The notes: generated from the letters alone by a model not told the origin. Counted from the stretch's first letter, positions 28,466-39,032 are shown. The stretch is DNA of 64,000 bases from Candidatus Cryptoclostridium obscurum (GCA_904420535.1 CAJFVQ010000019.1:18989-82988), one strand, 5' to 3'. Program-made: numbers and translations.

Positions 28466-29248
28466 TTATTTCACAGGTCCCGCTGTTCCGCGGCACTGGC
28501 AATCTCCGTTCCCGGCGATCAGTGGAATTGCCGCCAACAACAAAGATTTAATGGTTGCTGAATTCTCTGCCATAACTTCCAGCACCTCTTCATGAGTGAG
28601 GTGCGTCGGACTGACACCGGCAGCATAATTTGTCACCATGGCAATGGTGGCATAACACATTCCGACTTCTCTGGCCAAGGCCACTTCCGGGAAGGAAGTC
28701 ATGCCTACAAGATCACCGCCCATATGACGGTACATTTTAATTTCCGCCGGAGTTTCAAACCGGGGCCCCTCAGTACAGACATATACGCCGCCATCGTGAG
28801 CTTGATGAGCGATTGCTGATGCAGCCTGGGTCAACCCTTTCCGCAAGTGGGGGCAGTATGGTTCCGTCATATCCGTATGAACAACCCCCATATCCCCGCC
28901 GTCAAAAAATGTGCATTGTCTGGCTTTGGTAAACTCTAAATACTGATCGGGAAAGACAAAGTGTCCCGGAGCCATATCCAAATTCAAAGATCCTACCGCG
29001 GCAGTTGCCATAATTTTGGTAACACCGAGTTCCTTCAATCCCCAGATGTTGGCGCGATAATTGATCATGTGGGGAGGTACCGAATGGCCTTTGCCATGAC
29101 GGTTCATAAATACCACATCAAAGCCTTGATAATTGCCGGTCACAGCGTTCATCATGCCGTAGGGCGTGGAAACGCCGACTTCCTTCACATCCCCCAGGAT
29201 GCTGGGGTCATAAACACCGGTGCCACCGATAATTGCGATTTTCTCCAT
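28466..29248 (-). CDS. mtnP: S-methyl-5'-thioadenosine (or -thioinosine) phosphorylase
   Basis: N-terminus IAIIGGTG. PNP/MTAP family. 260 aa. Its ATG lies 3 nt after the ftsY stop and has a GGAGG RBS. Confidence 0.8.
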   Translation of the reverse strand: MEKIAIIGGTGVYDPSILGDVKEVGVSTPYGMMNAVTGNYQGFDVVFMNRHGKGHSVPPHMINYRANIWGLKELGVTKIMATAAVGSLNLDMAPGHFVFPDQYLEFTKARQCTFFDGGDMGVVHTDMTEPYCPHLRKGLTQAASAIAHQAHDGGVYVCTEGPRFETPAEIKMYRHMGGDLVGMTSFPEVALAREVGMCYATIAMVTNYAAGVSPTHLTHEEVLEVMAENSATIKSLLLAAIPLIAGNGDCQCRGTAGPVK

Positions 29249-29251
29249 GTT

Positions 29252-30181
29252 TTATTCCTCCGTTTCTTCTTCCGCACTGAACAACGCCTTTCCAAAGGCC
29301 TTGGCATCAAAATCCTGTAAATCATCGACAGCCTCGCCCACGCCGACATAGCGCACGGGAATATTCATTTCATCAATAATACCTGCAATAATACCGCCTT
29401 TGGCGGTGCCGTCAATTTTCGTCAAAATAATACCATTGATGTCTACAATCTCTTTGAATGCCTGGGCCTGACTAATAGCATTTTGTCCCGTGGAGGCATC
29501 CAAAACCAATAACGATTCTACCGGCGTATTGGGTAATTCCCGATCTAAAATACGTTTGATCTTGCCCAACTCTGCCATGAGATTGTTCTTATTCTGGAGA
29601 CGACCGGCAGTGTCGATGATCAAAACATCGGAGTGGCGGCTTTGGGCAGCTTTGATGCCGTCAAAAACCACGGCGCCGGGATCTGCTCCCTCACCGTGAC
29701 GAATGATATCCACATCGGCTCGCTTTGCCCACATTTCCAACTGCTCAGCAGCAGCGGCGCGAAAGGTATCAGCAGCGCACAACAGTACCTTATAGCCCTC
29801 ATTGTGAAGCCTGGCCGCAATTTTGCCGATAGAAGTGGTTTTACCAACGCCATTAACACCAGTGACCAGAAGCACCTTTAAACTTCCCTTTTCAAAGGTT
29901 AAATCGGACTGCCCCCGTTCCAAAATCCCGCAGATTTCCTCAGAGAGCGCTTGTTTCAAGGTTTCGGTATCCTTAATTTTTTCTGTTTTTACACGTTGGC
30001 GCAAGGTGTCCATGAGATTCATCGCCGTAGCAATGCCCATATCCGCTTCGATCAGGGCTTCCTCCAGTTCATCAAACATCTCTTCATCGATTTTTCTCCC
30101 TGTGAGAACGGAGGCAATTTTACCGCCGATACCGCCGCGAGTTTTCCCCAGGCCGCTTTTCAGTTTATCAAAAATCCCCAT
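29252..30181 (-). CDS. ftsY: Signal recognition particle receptor FtsY
   Basis: SRP GTPase G-domain motif LLVTGVNGVGKTT. 309 aa. Confidence 0.9.
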   Translation of the reverse strand: MGIFDKLKSGLGKTRGGIGGKIASVLTGRKIDEEMFDELEEALIEADMGIATAMNLMDTLRQRVKTEKIKDTETLKQALSEEICGILERGQSDLTFEKGSLKVLLVTGVNGVGKTTSIGKIAARLHNEGYKVLLCAADTFRAAAAEQLEMWAKRADVDIIRHGEGADPGAVVFDGIKAAQSRHSDVLIIDTAGRLQNKNNLMAELGKIKRILDRELPNTPVESLLVLDASTGQNAISQAQAFKEIVDINGIILTKIDGTAKGGIIAGIIDEMNIPVRYVGVGEAVDDLQDFDAKAFGKALFSAEEETEE

Positions 30182-30199
30182 GATATCTTCCTTTCCTCG

Positions 30200-33100
30200 T
30201 TATTGCTCCAAGCGGACGGAAACCGTTTTTGAAACTCCCTCCTCCGCCATGGTGATTCCATATAATTCCTGCGCCGATTCCATGGTTCCCTGGCGGTGGG
30301 TAATCACCAGGAACTGGCTGTCTGCACCGTATTCTTTCAGATAAGCGCCAAATTTTCTTACATTAACGTCGTCCAGGGCCGCATCTATTTCATCTAAAAC
30401 ATAGAAGGGACTGGACTTCACTTTTAAAATAGCGAAAAGTAAGGCAATCCCGGATAAAGCCAATTCACCGCCGGAAAGAAGTCCGTGGTGCTGCAATCGT
30501 TTCCCCGGAGGCTGAACAATCACCTCCACCCCAGATTCCAAAAGATGATCCGGGTCCGTTAAGCGCAGCTCGCCATGGCCGCCGCGGAAAAAAGCCGGAA
30601 ATGTTTGACGAAAGCTCTCATCAATTTTTTGAAACGTCTCGGCAAAACGGGCCGAGATAATTTCATCCATTTCTCCCACCACCTTTTCCAATGCTGCTTT
30701 GGCCTCTAGAACATCAGTACGCTGCGCTGTCAAAAATTCATACCGCTCAGAAACGGTTTGGAATTCCTCGATCGCACCGACATTAACGTTACCAAGCATG
30801 TTGATCTGATCTTTTAACGATTTAATGCGTTCCTTTTTCTCCTTCTTTCCAAGTTCAGGACGGCAGTAAGCGATGGCGTCGGCCAAAACCGTTTCATATT
30901 CTTCCCACAGCTGGGTCTCACACTGTTCCGCCTCTACGGACAGACGTTCTCTCCTTAAAGAGAGTTGATGTTCTTTTTCCTTATATTCACTTTCTTCCCT
31001 GCGCAGTGTGCGCAGATGCTGTTCAGAATGATTTTTTTCTTCTTCTGCCTCTCCATGCTTAATTTTAAGATCTTCCAATATTGCAGAGAATTCCGCCAAG
31101 GAGCGATTTTGGGAAATCGCATTGTCCCGCAATGCTTTGCATCGATGTTCCATCTCACTGCGCGCAGTGCGTGTATCATTCATTTCTTTCTGCTTCTCTT
31201 CCAATGAGGATAGGACCTCGGCACGCTCTTTTTCCATACGTTGAAGATTTTCAAAACAATGATTGAGAGCAGCACGCTGTTCCGTATAAGATACCCGTAA
31301 ATCCGTGAAGGCACTGCGCCCCTGGTCTTCTTTGCTTTTAGCCGATTGCAATGCTGCTTCCCGCTCCTCAATTTCTCGATAAATTGCTGACTCCTCTTTC
31401 TGCAATGAAGCAATGGAATGCTCTAATGCGCTTAACGATTCACGACTTTGCCGCTGCTCTTCATGAAGTTGAGAGACATCCAGAGCCAAAGATTCCCGTT
31501 CCCGCACATAAACTTCTCGTCGGGTATCGATGTTTTGAATCTCGCTGTCAAAAGAGATTTTCTCTTTTTGTAGACCTTCGCGTTGATGCTCCATCTGTGC
31601 AAGATTGCGTTTCGCATTTTCCCGGCACTCCAACAACGACTCTATTTCTTGCTGTAGAACCCTGATATTTTCACTGCTTTCAATGAGTTTATGACGAAGT
31701 TCATCAATTTCACTTTGCCGTTGTAAAAAACTGCTTTTTTTACCGTCGCGACTGCCGCCACTGACGGCTCCCCCACCGCTGATCATATCGCCGTCTGAAG
31801 TCACATATCGAAAAGGGATTTTTACATCGCGAGCTGTAGCCACGGCATCATCCAAATTTTGAAAGATCAAAGTATTTCCCAAGAGGTATTCCACCGCGGG
31901 ACGAACCTCGCGGGAGCAGTTGACTCGGTCCGCCGCGACCCCTAAAAAAGAGGGGTGAGAGGCAATCTCTTTGGGAAGGCTCTTTCGCGAAGAAATACGC
32001 AGCATATTCAGGGGAAGGAACGTCGCACTGCCCCGTTTATTTTTTTTCAAGAAAGCAACGGCTTTGGCTGCGTCCTCCCCAGTGCGAGTTACCAAGTTTT
32101 GCAAACCGCCGCCCAAAGCCGATTCTACTGCTACAGTAAAATTCTTATCGACTTTGACGAGTTCTGCCATGACTCCGATGACACCGCCAAGGCGTTTTTG
32201 AGAACTTTCCTCCAAAATGGCTTTAACGCCAGGATAAAAACCTTCGCGACGAAACACCAGTTCTTCCAAAACTTTTAGGCGAGCCTCACACCGGTTCACC
32301 TCCATTTTAGATGTTGTTTCATCTTCTTTTTTAGAGGTAATCTGTTTTTCAATTGATTCATAATGATTTCTTGCAGCCAAAATCTTTTCATGTAACGCAT
32401 CTTCTTTGGCAGAAAGCCCATCAAGGAAATCATTGATTTCCTCAGTGCGCAGATCCAGGATTTCTTCCTCTTTATCGTAACGAATAGATTTTTCTTCTAA
32501 TGCCGCGAGACGTCGAGCGATGGAATTGAGGGCTTGTTCCAACCCTGCTTTTTCGTTGTGGCACCCGCTAATTTCCCTTGTTTTATCAAAAGCCTCTGCT
32601 CGTAAGCGTTCTACTATCGCTTCCGCCTGCATCAATGCCTCTTCCTCGGAAACGCGGCGCACTTCCAGTTCGCTCATCTCCGATTTCAACGCATCCACAT
32701 AGGCGGATAAAGCCTCACTTTCTTTCTGCCCCTCGGAGAGAGACGACTCCAGCAAAATAGATTTTTCCTCCAGAACAGTACATTCCTGCTCTAATAAAGA
32801 GAGCTTTTCATCGTAACCAAGAATACGGCTTTCTAAAGATTTCATTTCACCTTCCGCCGTTTGGATCGACTGGCTCAATTCATGATACTCCTGCTGTTTG
32901 GATTGAAGAGTATCGGCCATTTGGGATAATGTAAGATTTTTTTTATCCAAAGATATTTCTTCCGCCAAAACAACAGCGGAAATCTCACGGGATTTTCCGC
33001 GTATTTCATCGCTTTCTGCTGTAATCTTTTCCAGTTTTTCTTTGGCTTCCAAAGTATTTTCCGCCAAAATGCCGATGGAGAGATCATCTTTTTCCTTTTT

Positions 33101-33754
33101 TAATTCCAAATACTTTTTCGCGTTTTCCGCATCCCGCTCCAAAGGGCCCAGACGACTCTCGATTTCCGTCATAATATCAGCCAGACGTAAAAGGTTGTCA
33201 TTAGCACTGGAAATCTTGCGCAGCGCTTCTTTTTTACGTTCACGGTATTTTACTACACCGGCAGTTTCTTCCACCATGGCTCGGCGTTCATCGGGGCGCG
33301 CTTCTACAATCTGGGAGATGCGACCTTGGCCTATGACGGAATATCCGTCATTGCCGATGCCACTGTCTGCAAAGAGGCGGTGAATGTCTTTTAAACGACA
33401 ATTTTTTCCATTGATTAAGTATTCGCCGTCACCCGAACGGTAAAGCCTGCGGGTTACTTTAATCTCGCTAACATCGAGGGGAAATCCAAAATCACTGTTA
33501 TCCAGAATGAGACTGACTTCCGCCATACCCATAGGCTTTCGTAGCTTGGTACCGTTAAAGATCAAGTCTTCCATTTTATGCCCTCGAAGGGTCTTTGCCT
33601 TCTGCTCTCCCAGTACCCATTGAATCGCCTCTACCACATTGCTTTTGCCGGAGCCGTTGGGTCCTACAATGGCAGCAATGCCTTTATGGAGATTGATAGA
33701 AGTTTTATCGGCAAATGATTTAAATCCTTGTAATTCCAGTGTTTTTAAATACAC
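30200..33754 (-). CDS. smc: Chromosome partition protein Smc
   Basis: 1184 aa. N-terminal Walker A GPNGSGKSN, long coiled coils, and a C-terminal signature LSGGE..D-loop. Confidence 0.95.
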   Translation of the reverse strand: MYLKTLELQGFKSFADKTSINLHKGIAAIVGPNGSGKSNVVEAIQWVLGEQKAKTLRGHKMEDLIFNGTKLRKPMGMAEVSLILDNSDFGFPLDVSEIKVTRRLYRSGDGEYLINGKNCRLKDIHRLFADSGIGNDGYSVIGQGRISQIVEARPDERRAMVEETAGVVKYRERKKEALRKISSANDNLLRLADIMTEIESRLGPLERDAENAKKYLELKKEKDDLSIGILAENTLEAKEKLEKITAESDEIRGKSREISAVVLAEEISLDKKNLTLSQMADTLQSKQQEYHELSQSIQTAEGEMKSLESRILGYDEKLSLLEQECTVLEEKSILLESSLSEGQKESEALSAYVDALKSEMSELEVRRVSEEEALMQAEAIVERLRAEAFDKTREISGCHNEKAGLEQALNSIARRLAALEEKSIRYDKEEEILDLRTEEINDFLDGLSAKEDALHEKILAARNHYESIEKQITSKKEDETTSKMEVNRCEARLKVLEELVFRREGFYPGVKAILEESSQKRLGGVIGVMAELVKVDKNFTVAVESALGGGLQNLVTRTGEDAAKAVAFLKKNKRGSATFLPLNMLRISSRKSLPKEIASHPSFLGVAADRVNCSREVRPAVEYLLGNTLIFQNLDDAVATARDVKIPFRYVTSDGDMISGGGAVSGGSRDGKKSSFLQRQSEIDELRHKLIESSENIRVLQQEIESLLECRENAKRNLAQMEHQREGLQKEKISFDSEIQNIDTRREVYVRERESLALDVSQLHEEQRQSRESLSALEHSIASLQKEESAIYREIEEREAALQSAKSKEDQGRSAFTDLRVSYTEQRAALNHCFENLQRMEKERAEVLSSLEEKQKEMNDTRTARSEMEHRCKALRDNAISQNRSLAEFSAILEDLKIKHGEAEEEKNHSEQHLRTLRREESEYKEKEHQLSLRRERLSVEAEQCETQLWEEYETVLADAIAYCRPELGKKEKKERIKSLKDQINMLGNVNVGAIEEFQTVSERYEFLTAQRTDVLEAKAALEKVVGEMDEIISARFAETFQKIDESFRQTFPAFFRGGHGELRLTDPDHLLESGVEVIVQPPGKRLQHHGLLSGGELALSGIALLFAILKVKSSPFYVLDEIDAALDDVNVRKFGAYLKEYGADSQFLVITHRQGTMESAQELYGITMAEEGVSKTVSVRLEQ

Positions 33755-34827
33755 AATTCACTCCAATATGGTAATCGTTCTAAATACAATGCAAAAAATT
33801 CTTTTTCTCTCAATATGCTAAGGACGTTGGAACGTTCCCTTTTATCAAAAGGAGCCAGAGCAATATCGCCGCGGGAAAGCATTGCTTCGGAGACAGCGCA
33901 ACGCCTTTCTTGTTCAAAAAACCTCAGGTTGGATCGTTTATCCCCAAATAGTAACGGCAAATCATTGCGAAAGGCCAAAAAACGCACGTCACCTTTATGA
34001 CGTTCCAACAACATTTCCATTTGTTTCCTTTTGAGATAGGATTTTACCAAATAACCAAAAGAAGGATGAAACGGTCCATCCAAAAGGAAATTGCTGTCAA
34101 AATTCAATTCTTCCGTAGGTTGTAATCCCATACGAATGACAGGGATGCCATAATGACAGAATACCGCAAACATATCTCCCACCAAAGATACGGCATCTAC
34201 CAATGTTTGCGGCTCATAAATACCGTGCCTCCACATTTCTGCCAAAGGCGTTCCTTCAAGAACCAATAACGGATAAATACGAACCATGTCAGGTCGAAGC
34301 GGCAACAATTCCCGAATTCCCTGAAAAATTGAATTGGGGGTTTGTCCCGGAAGCCCCGTCATCAGCTGAATGCCCACGGTAAATCCTGCGTCCTTCAATA
34401 ATGTAATACTATGGATTATTTCGCCCTTACCATGGTCTCTTCCTGCTTTTTCCAAGACGAAATCATCCATGGACTGAACCCCGAGCTCCACTGTGGAAAC
34501 TCCGTATCGTCTAAGGAGGGATATCTTTTCCTGATCAAGATAAGCGGGGTGAGTTGAAATGCGGATAGAACCAATACGCCCTTTTCTCCTCAGCTTTTGA
34601 CCAAACTCCAAATAACGGAGCATGACGGAACGGGGCAATGATGTAAAAGTGCCGCCATAATAGGCGAGTTCCCATGTTTCATCAGTTTTTTTCGGTATCA
34701 TGTCCCACAAATCATATTCCGAGGGCAAAGAAGTTTCTCCCGTAATTCCCTTCTGATTACAATAAATACAATGCTGGCGACAACCTCCCTGGGGCAGAAA
34801 CACGGGGATCAATTTACGCTTTGCCAT
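33745..34827 (-). CDS. Radical SAM protein (ELP3/MiaB-like, TIGR01212-type)
   Basis: CxxxCxxC cluster CRQHCIYC near the N-terminus. 360 aa. Sits in the conserved rnc-smc slot of Firmicutes. Confidence 0.7.
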   Translation of the reverse strand: MAKRKLIPVFLPQGGCRQHCIYCNQKGITGETSLPSEYDLWDMIPKKTDETWELAYYGGTFTSLPRSVMLRYLEFGQKLRRKGRIGSIRISTHPAYLDQEKISLLRRYGVSTVELGVQSMDDFVLEKAGRDHGKGEIIHSITLLKDAGFTVGIQLMTGLPGQTPNSIFQGIRELLPLRPDMVRIYPLLVLEGTPLAEMWRHGIYEPQTLVDAVSLVGDMFAVFCHYGIPVIRMGLQPTEELNFDSNFLLDGPFHPSFGYLVKSYLKRKQMEMLLERHKGDVRFLAFRNDLPLLFGDKRSNLRFFEQERRCAVSEAMLSRGDIALAPFDKRERSNVLSILREKEFFALYLERLPYWSELCI

Positions 34828-35536
34828 GGTGCTTCGACGGGTTGTGAAAATGATTTACCATGGCTTTGTATGCCACTTCGGCCGCTGCCTTTTCCGCTTC
34901 CTTTTTAGAACGCCCCGTTCCTTCTCCCCAGAGCCGGGAACAGTAGTAAACGCCGGCAGAAAAAACACGCTGATGCGGAGGACCATTTTCCGCAAGAATA
35001 CGATAGTGCACATTTCCACTGCCCAAGCTCTGGGCATATTCCTGCAAGGCTGTTTTATAATCCATGATTTCTCTCTCGGCAGCAGCCAAACGATCTTCAA
35101 GGGCACCGAAATATTTTAAAACAAATTTCGTTGCTTTTTCCAGACCAAAAGAAAGGTAAATCGAAGCAATCACAGCCTCCAAGGCATCAGCTAACGTAGA
35201 AGGGCGCGTGCGACCACCGTCCTTTTCTTCCCCTTTTCCCAAAAAAAGAATGCTGCCCAAACCAATTTCCGTAGCCACTTGAGCCAACGTAGATTCCTGG
35301 GCCAAATTTGCCCGCATTCGCGTCATCTCTCCCTCATTACAATGAGGAAATTTTTCAAAAAGATGTTCCGCCAAGATCAACCCCAATACGGCATCGCCTA
35401 AAAATTCTAATCTCTGATTACTGCGTTTTTTACTATTATCGTAGGAAGGGTGCATCAACGCTGTCTCAAAAAGCGTTTCGTCAATCCCCTCCAGCTCCCA
35501 TTCATGTATTTTTTCCCTATATTTATCCTGTTTCAT
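34814..35536 (-). CDS. rnc: Ribonuclease III
   Basis: RNase III signature ERLEFLGDAVLG and a C-terminal dsRBD. 240 aa. Confidence 0.9.
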   Translation of the reverse strand: MKQDKYREKIHEWELEGIDETLFETALMHPSYDNSKKRSNQRLEFLGDAVLGLILAEHLFEKFPHCNEGEMTRMRANLAQESTLAQVATEIGLGSILFLGKGEEKDGGRTRPSTLADALEAVIASIYLSFGLEKATKFVLKYFGALEDRLAAAEREIMDYKTALQEYAQSLGSGNVHYRILAENGPPHQRVFSAGVYYCSRLWGEGTGRSKKEAEKAAAEVAYKAMVNHFHNPSKHHGKA

Positions 35537-35599
35537 AAAACACCTCGTTAAATAAAACAGTATGATCGGAAATCAAAAATCACACTGGTTTATTTAAAG

Positions 35600-35628
35600 T
35601 AAAAGAGCCTCCCCGGAGGCTCTCGGTT
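35600..35628 (-). terminator. Rho-independent terminator downstream of acpP
   Basis: Hairpin GAGCCTCCCCGGAGGCTC with a T-run on the minus strand. Confidence 0.65.
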
Positions 35629-35654
35629 CGTGTCAATCTACCGTCACTATGACT

Positions 35655-35894
35655 TTATCCTTTATCGACCAAGTCCTCAAGGTAGCGAACTGCCTGACCG
35701 ACATTTTCGAAATCCGCCAGATCTTCATCGGGAATGGTAATACCAAATTGCAATTCAATTTCAGTGATGACCTCAAGGAAATCAAGAGAGTCAATATCCA
35801 AATCCTTAAAAGTAGCCTCGGGTTGAATGGTATCGGCATTGGGCAAATTCAAACGATCTTTAAAAATATTGATAATTTTATCATAAGTGCTCAT
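35655..35894 (-). CDS. acpP: Acyl carrier protein
   Basis: 79 aa. Phosphopantetheine-attachment motif LDIDSLDFLE. Confidence 0.9.
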   Translation of the reverse strand: MSTYDKIINIFKDRLNLPNADTIQPEATFKDLDIDSLDFLEVITEIELQFGITIPDEDLADFENVGQAVRYLEDLVDKG

Positions 35895-36904
35895 TTCACT
35901 ACCTCCTTACTCTGTTCTGCAGTATACGCAGATACCGCATCGGCCAAATGGTGAATAAAGTCACGTTCTACACAATTCGCAGCAGTTACAATGGCATGTT
36001 CGATGGCAATGGCTTTGGAACTACCGTGACAAATGATCGAAATACCGTTAACCCCCAGCAATGGAGCACCCCCCTGGTTGCTGTAATCAAGACGTTTTCT
36101 CAAATTCATCAATCCCGGTTTAATCAAAGCTGCTCCAATTTTTCGTGGCAATGTTGCGGTGATCTCATCTTTCACCAATTTAAATAAAGCAGAAGCCACG
36201 CCTTCTGTAAGTTTCAACGCCACGTTCCCACTGAAACCGTCACAAACGACCACGTCGTAGCCGCCTTTCATCATGTCGCGTCCCTCGATATTACCGTCAA
36301 AGGAAAGACATTTTGTGGCAGCCAAACGCTGATGCGCCTCCACAATCACAGCAGTGCCTTTATGGCTTTCCGTGCCATTGGATAATAATTTTACTGAAGG
36401 ATTTTCAATTTTTAAGAGGTGCTTCGCGTAAGCATTCCCCAAAATTGCGAAATCAACCAAATTTTCCACCGTAGCGTCTGGGTTGGCTCCGCCATCCAGC
36501 ATAACTTTGTCCCCCTCTAACGTGGGATAGGGAATCACAATGGCAGGACGTCGAACGCCTTTAATGCGTCCAATCAACAATACTGCGGCTGCCATTTGTG
36601 CTCCCGTACTGCCGGCGGAAACAATGGCATCCGCTTTTCCTTCGCGTACCAGAGAGGTAGCCAAATAAATAGAAGAATCTTTCTTTTTCCGTAAGTGATC
36701 CACAGGTTCGTCCATAGCCATAACGCTGTGGGAATAAAGCCTCTCAATTCTAGGAGGGAGCACAGGAAGAAACTTCTGGAAGACTTCTTCACTGCCAACC
36801 AAAATTAATTCTAAAGAAGGATTATGCTCCGCAGCTGCCACCGCGCCCTTTATCAATTCTTCGGGAGCATGATCGCCCCCCATAATATCAACAGCGATTT
36901 TCAA
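35891..36904 (-). CDS. plsX: Phosphate acyltransferase PlsX
   Basis: N-terminus MKIAVDIMGGDHAPEE. 337 aa. Confidence 0.9.
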   Translation of the reverse strand: MKIAVDIMGGDHAPEELIKGAVAAAEHNPSLELILVGSEEVFQKFLPVLPPRIERLYSHSVMAMDEPVDHLRKKKDSSIYLATSLVREGKADAIVSAGSTGAQMAAAVLLIGRIKGVRRPAIVIPYPTLEGDKVMLDGGANPDATVENLVDFAILGNAYAKHLLKIENPSVKLLSNGTESHKGTAVIVEAHQRLAATKCLSFDGNIEGRDMMKGGYDVVVCDGFSGNVALKLTEGVASALFKLVKDEITATLPRKIGAALIKPGLMNLRKRLDYSNQGGAPLLGVNGISIICHGSSKAIAIEHAIVTAANCVERDFIHHLADAVSAYTAEQSKEVVK

Positions 36905-37018
36905 AAAATATCACTCTTTCATCAATAGCATATTGTATATAGCACGTAATTAATGCAATACCTTTGGTATAGTCAAAATGCACCTCAACTCAAAAAAGAA
37001 GAGGTGCATTTACCAAAC

Positions 37019-37204
37019 TTATTTGGAAGCGGCAGTTTTAACTACCTCTTGCCCTTTATAGTAACCACATTCAGGACAGGCTTGATGAGGCCGCTTGATG
37101 CTGTGGCATTGAGGACAAGTAGACAATCCGGGGATACGAAGTTTATCCTCACCGCGGCGTTGTCTTTTATTGGATTTAGAAGTTTTACCTTTGGGTACAC
37201 CCAT
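37019..37204 (-). CDS. rpmF: 50S ribosomal protein L32
   Basis: 61 aa. MGVPKGKTSKS...CPQC...CPECG zinc-ribbon form of L32. Confidence 0.9.
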   Translation of the reverse strand: MGVPKGKTSKSNKRQRRGEDKLRIPGLSTCPQCHSIKRPHQACPECGYYKGQEVVKTAASK

Positions 37205-37219
37205 TGTTCACACCCCTTT

Positions 37220-37768
37220 CTAATCATCCTCTTTGAGCAAATCAGCCAGAACCGCAAGTCGTGGGTCAATGGGAGATTGATCACAAGAGCATTCTTTGTT
37301 GTTGAGATTCTGTCCGCAGGTGGGGCAAAGCCCTCTACAATCCTCACGGCAGAGGATTTTCATCGGCATCGCAAGGAACAAAGCCTGCTCAATGTAAGGC
37401 AGAAGGTCGATGGAATCCCCTTCAAAAAAGTGCACTCCATCATCGGCTTCTTCCCCTTCGGACACTTTTTCCGGAAGATTGGTAAATGCTTCTGAAAAAT
37501 CTGTTGTGACTGTAACATCCGTCACATCGCCGCAGCGATCACAAACAGCGGAAAAACAAGCTGAAACAGTGCCAGTTATTTTAATAATACGGTCGAAATT
37601 CTCTGCGACACCTTGAAAAGTCAACGGCACCGTATGGGATAGCCTCATCTCCGTAAATGGCGCTAACTCTGTTTTACGTAAAACAAAGGACAAAGTTTCC
37701 CGTCCACCAGCTACATTTTTCAGTTTGTCTACCCGAGCAATTATCGGACTCATACGCATTTCTTCCAT
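37220..37768 (-). CDS. yceD: DUF177 / YceD family protein
   Basis: C-terminal Cys cluster CREDCRGLCPTCGQNLN. Conserved position upstream of rpmF. Confidence 0.8.
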   Translation of the reverse strand: MEEMRMSPIIARVDKLKNVAGGRETLSFVLRKTELAPFTEMRLSHTVPLTFQGVAENFDRIIKITGTVSACFSAVCDRCGDVTDVTVTTDFSEAFTNLPEKVSEGEEADDGVHFFEGDSIDLLPYIEQALFLAMPMKILCREDCRGLCPTCGQNLNNKECSCDQSPIDPRLAVLADLLKEDD

Positions 37769-37832
37769 GATAACAGAATAATTATATATAAGTGTTCCCT
37801 AAATGTCAATACTTATCCGCAAATACTTAAGA

Positions 37833-39032
37833 TTATTTGTTAATAATAGCCATAGTATCGCGGGCAATGGCCAATTCTTCATTAGTAGGCACAATGAAAG
37901 CTTTAATCTTGGAGTTGGGGGTGGTGATCAGCTTTTCAACACCACGGCAGTTGTTGGCTTCTTTGTCGATTTCTACGCCGAGTACACCAAGGCCTTCCAA
38001 AATGCGTTCTCTGGCCAAAATGGAGTTTTCCCCAATGCCGGCGGTGAAAGCAATGGCATCGACGCCTCCCAAGGCAACGGCATAAGCACCGATATATTTT
38101 TGCACGCCATAATAGAAAACTTCCATAGAGATCTTAGCATGTTCATTGCCTTCCGCGGCGGCTTCTTCTACGTTGCGGAGGTCGCTGGAAACACCGGAAA
38201 CACCGAGGAAACCGCTCTTTTTATTAAGGAACGTTTCCATATCTTCCGGTTTTACAGCACCCTGGGTCTGTAAATAAGTAACAACAGAAGCATCAATATC
38301 GCCGCAGCGGGTTCCCATAAGGACACCGGCCAAAGGTGTAAGCCCCATGGAAGTATCGATGCATTTACCGCCGTCTACAGCAGTGATGCTGGAACCGTTG
38401 CCGAGGTGGCAAGTAATAATTTTTGTTTCTTCGATGGGTTTACCGAGAAGTTCAGCAGTTCTTTGTGCTACAAATTTATGGGAGGTACCATGAGCGCCAT
38501 AACGACGAACACTGTATTTTTCAGCGACCTTGTAGTCAATCCCATAGGTATAGGCTTTGGCGGGCATGGTGGAAGTATGGAAAGAAGTATCAAACACGGA
38601 AACCATGGGTACACCGGGCATCACTTTAGCGCAAGCTCTAATCCCTGCAACATGAGCGGGATTATGAAGAGGAGCCATGGGGAACGTCGTCTCCATATCT
38701 GCAATCACTTTGTCGTCAATTAAAACAGATTCGGGGAAAAGTACGCCGCCATTCACATAACGATGGCCTACACCGTTAATTTCATTTAAATCAGCAATGA
38801 CACCGTGATTTTTATCGGTAAGGGCATCAAAAACCATTTTAATTGCCACGGTGTGATCAGGAATATCCTGACGGAATTCCACTTTGTCTTTACCAGAAGG
38901 ACTGTGGGTCAAAACGGAATCATCAATGCCAATGCGGTCAACAAGACCTTTTGCCATTACGCTTTCATCGTCCATATCAATCAGCTGATATTTCAGAGAA
39001 GAACTGCCACAGTTTACCACGAGAATTTTCAT
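37833..39032 (-). CDS. ackA: Acetate kinase
   Basis: N-terminus MKILVVNCGSSSLKYQL. 399 aa. Confidence 0.9.
   Translation of the reverse strand: MKILVVNCGSSSLKYQLIDMDDESVMAKGLVDRIGIDDSVLTHSPSGKDKVEFRQDIPDHTVAIKMVFDALTDKNHGVIADLNEINGVGHRYVNGGVLFPESVLIDDKVIADMETTFPMAPLHNPAHVAGIRACAKVMPGVPMVSVFDTSFHTSTMPAKAYTYGIDYKVAEKYSVRRYGAHGTSHKFVAQRTAELLGKPIEETKIITCHLGNGSSITAVDGGKCIDTSMGLTPLAGVLMGTRCGDIDASVVTYLQTQGAVKPEDMETFLNKKSGFLGVSGVSSDLRNVEEAAAEGNEHAKISMEVFYYGVQKYIGAYAVALGGVDAIAFTAGIGENSILARERILEGLGVLGVEIDKEANNCRGVEKLITTPNSKIKAFIVPTNEELAIARDTMAIINK

Noticed and set aside
30955-33383. Several 60-113 aa ORFs on the plus strand inside smc (for example 30965..31207, 31351..31665, 31955..32278, 33042..33383)
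   Set aside because: They are antisense to a 1184-aa gene with unmistakable Smc motifs. They have low-complexity or unusual composition, no RBS and no recognisable domains. They are typical shadow ORFs.
36905-37018. Possible missing fapR between rpmF and plsX
   Set aside because: The gap is only 114 nt and holds the rpmF terminator and a plsX promoter. The absence of fapR and of fabD/fabG here looks like normal lineage-specific gene order, not a deletion.
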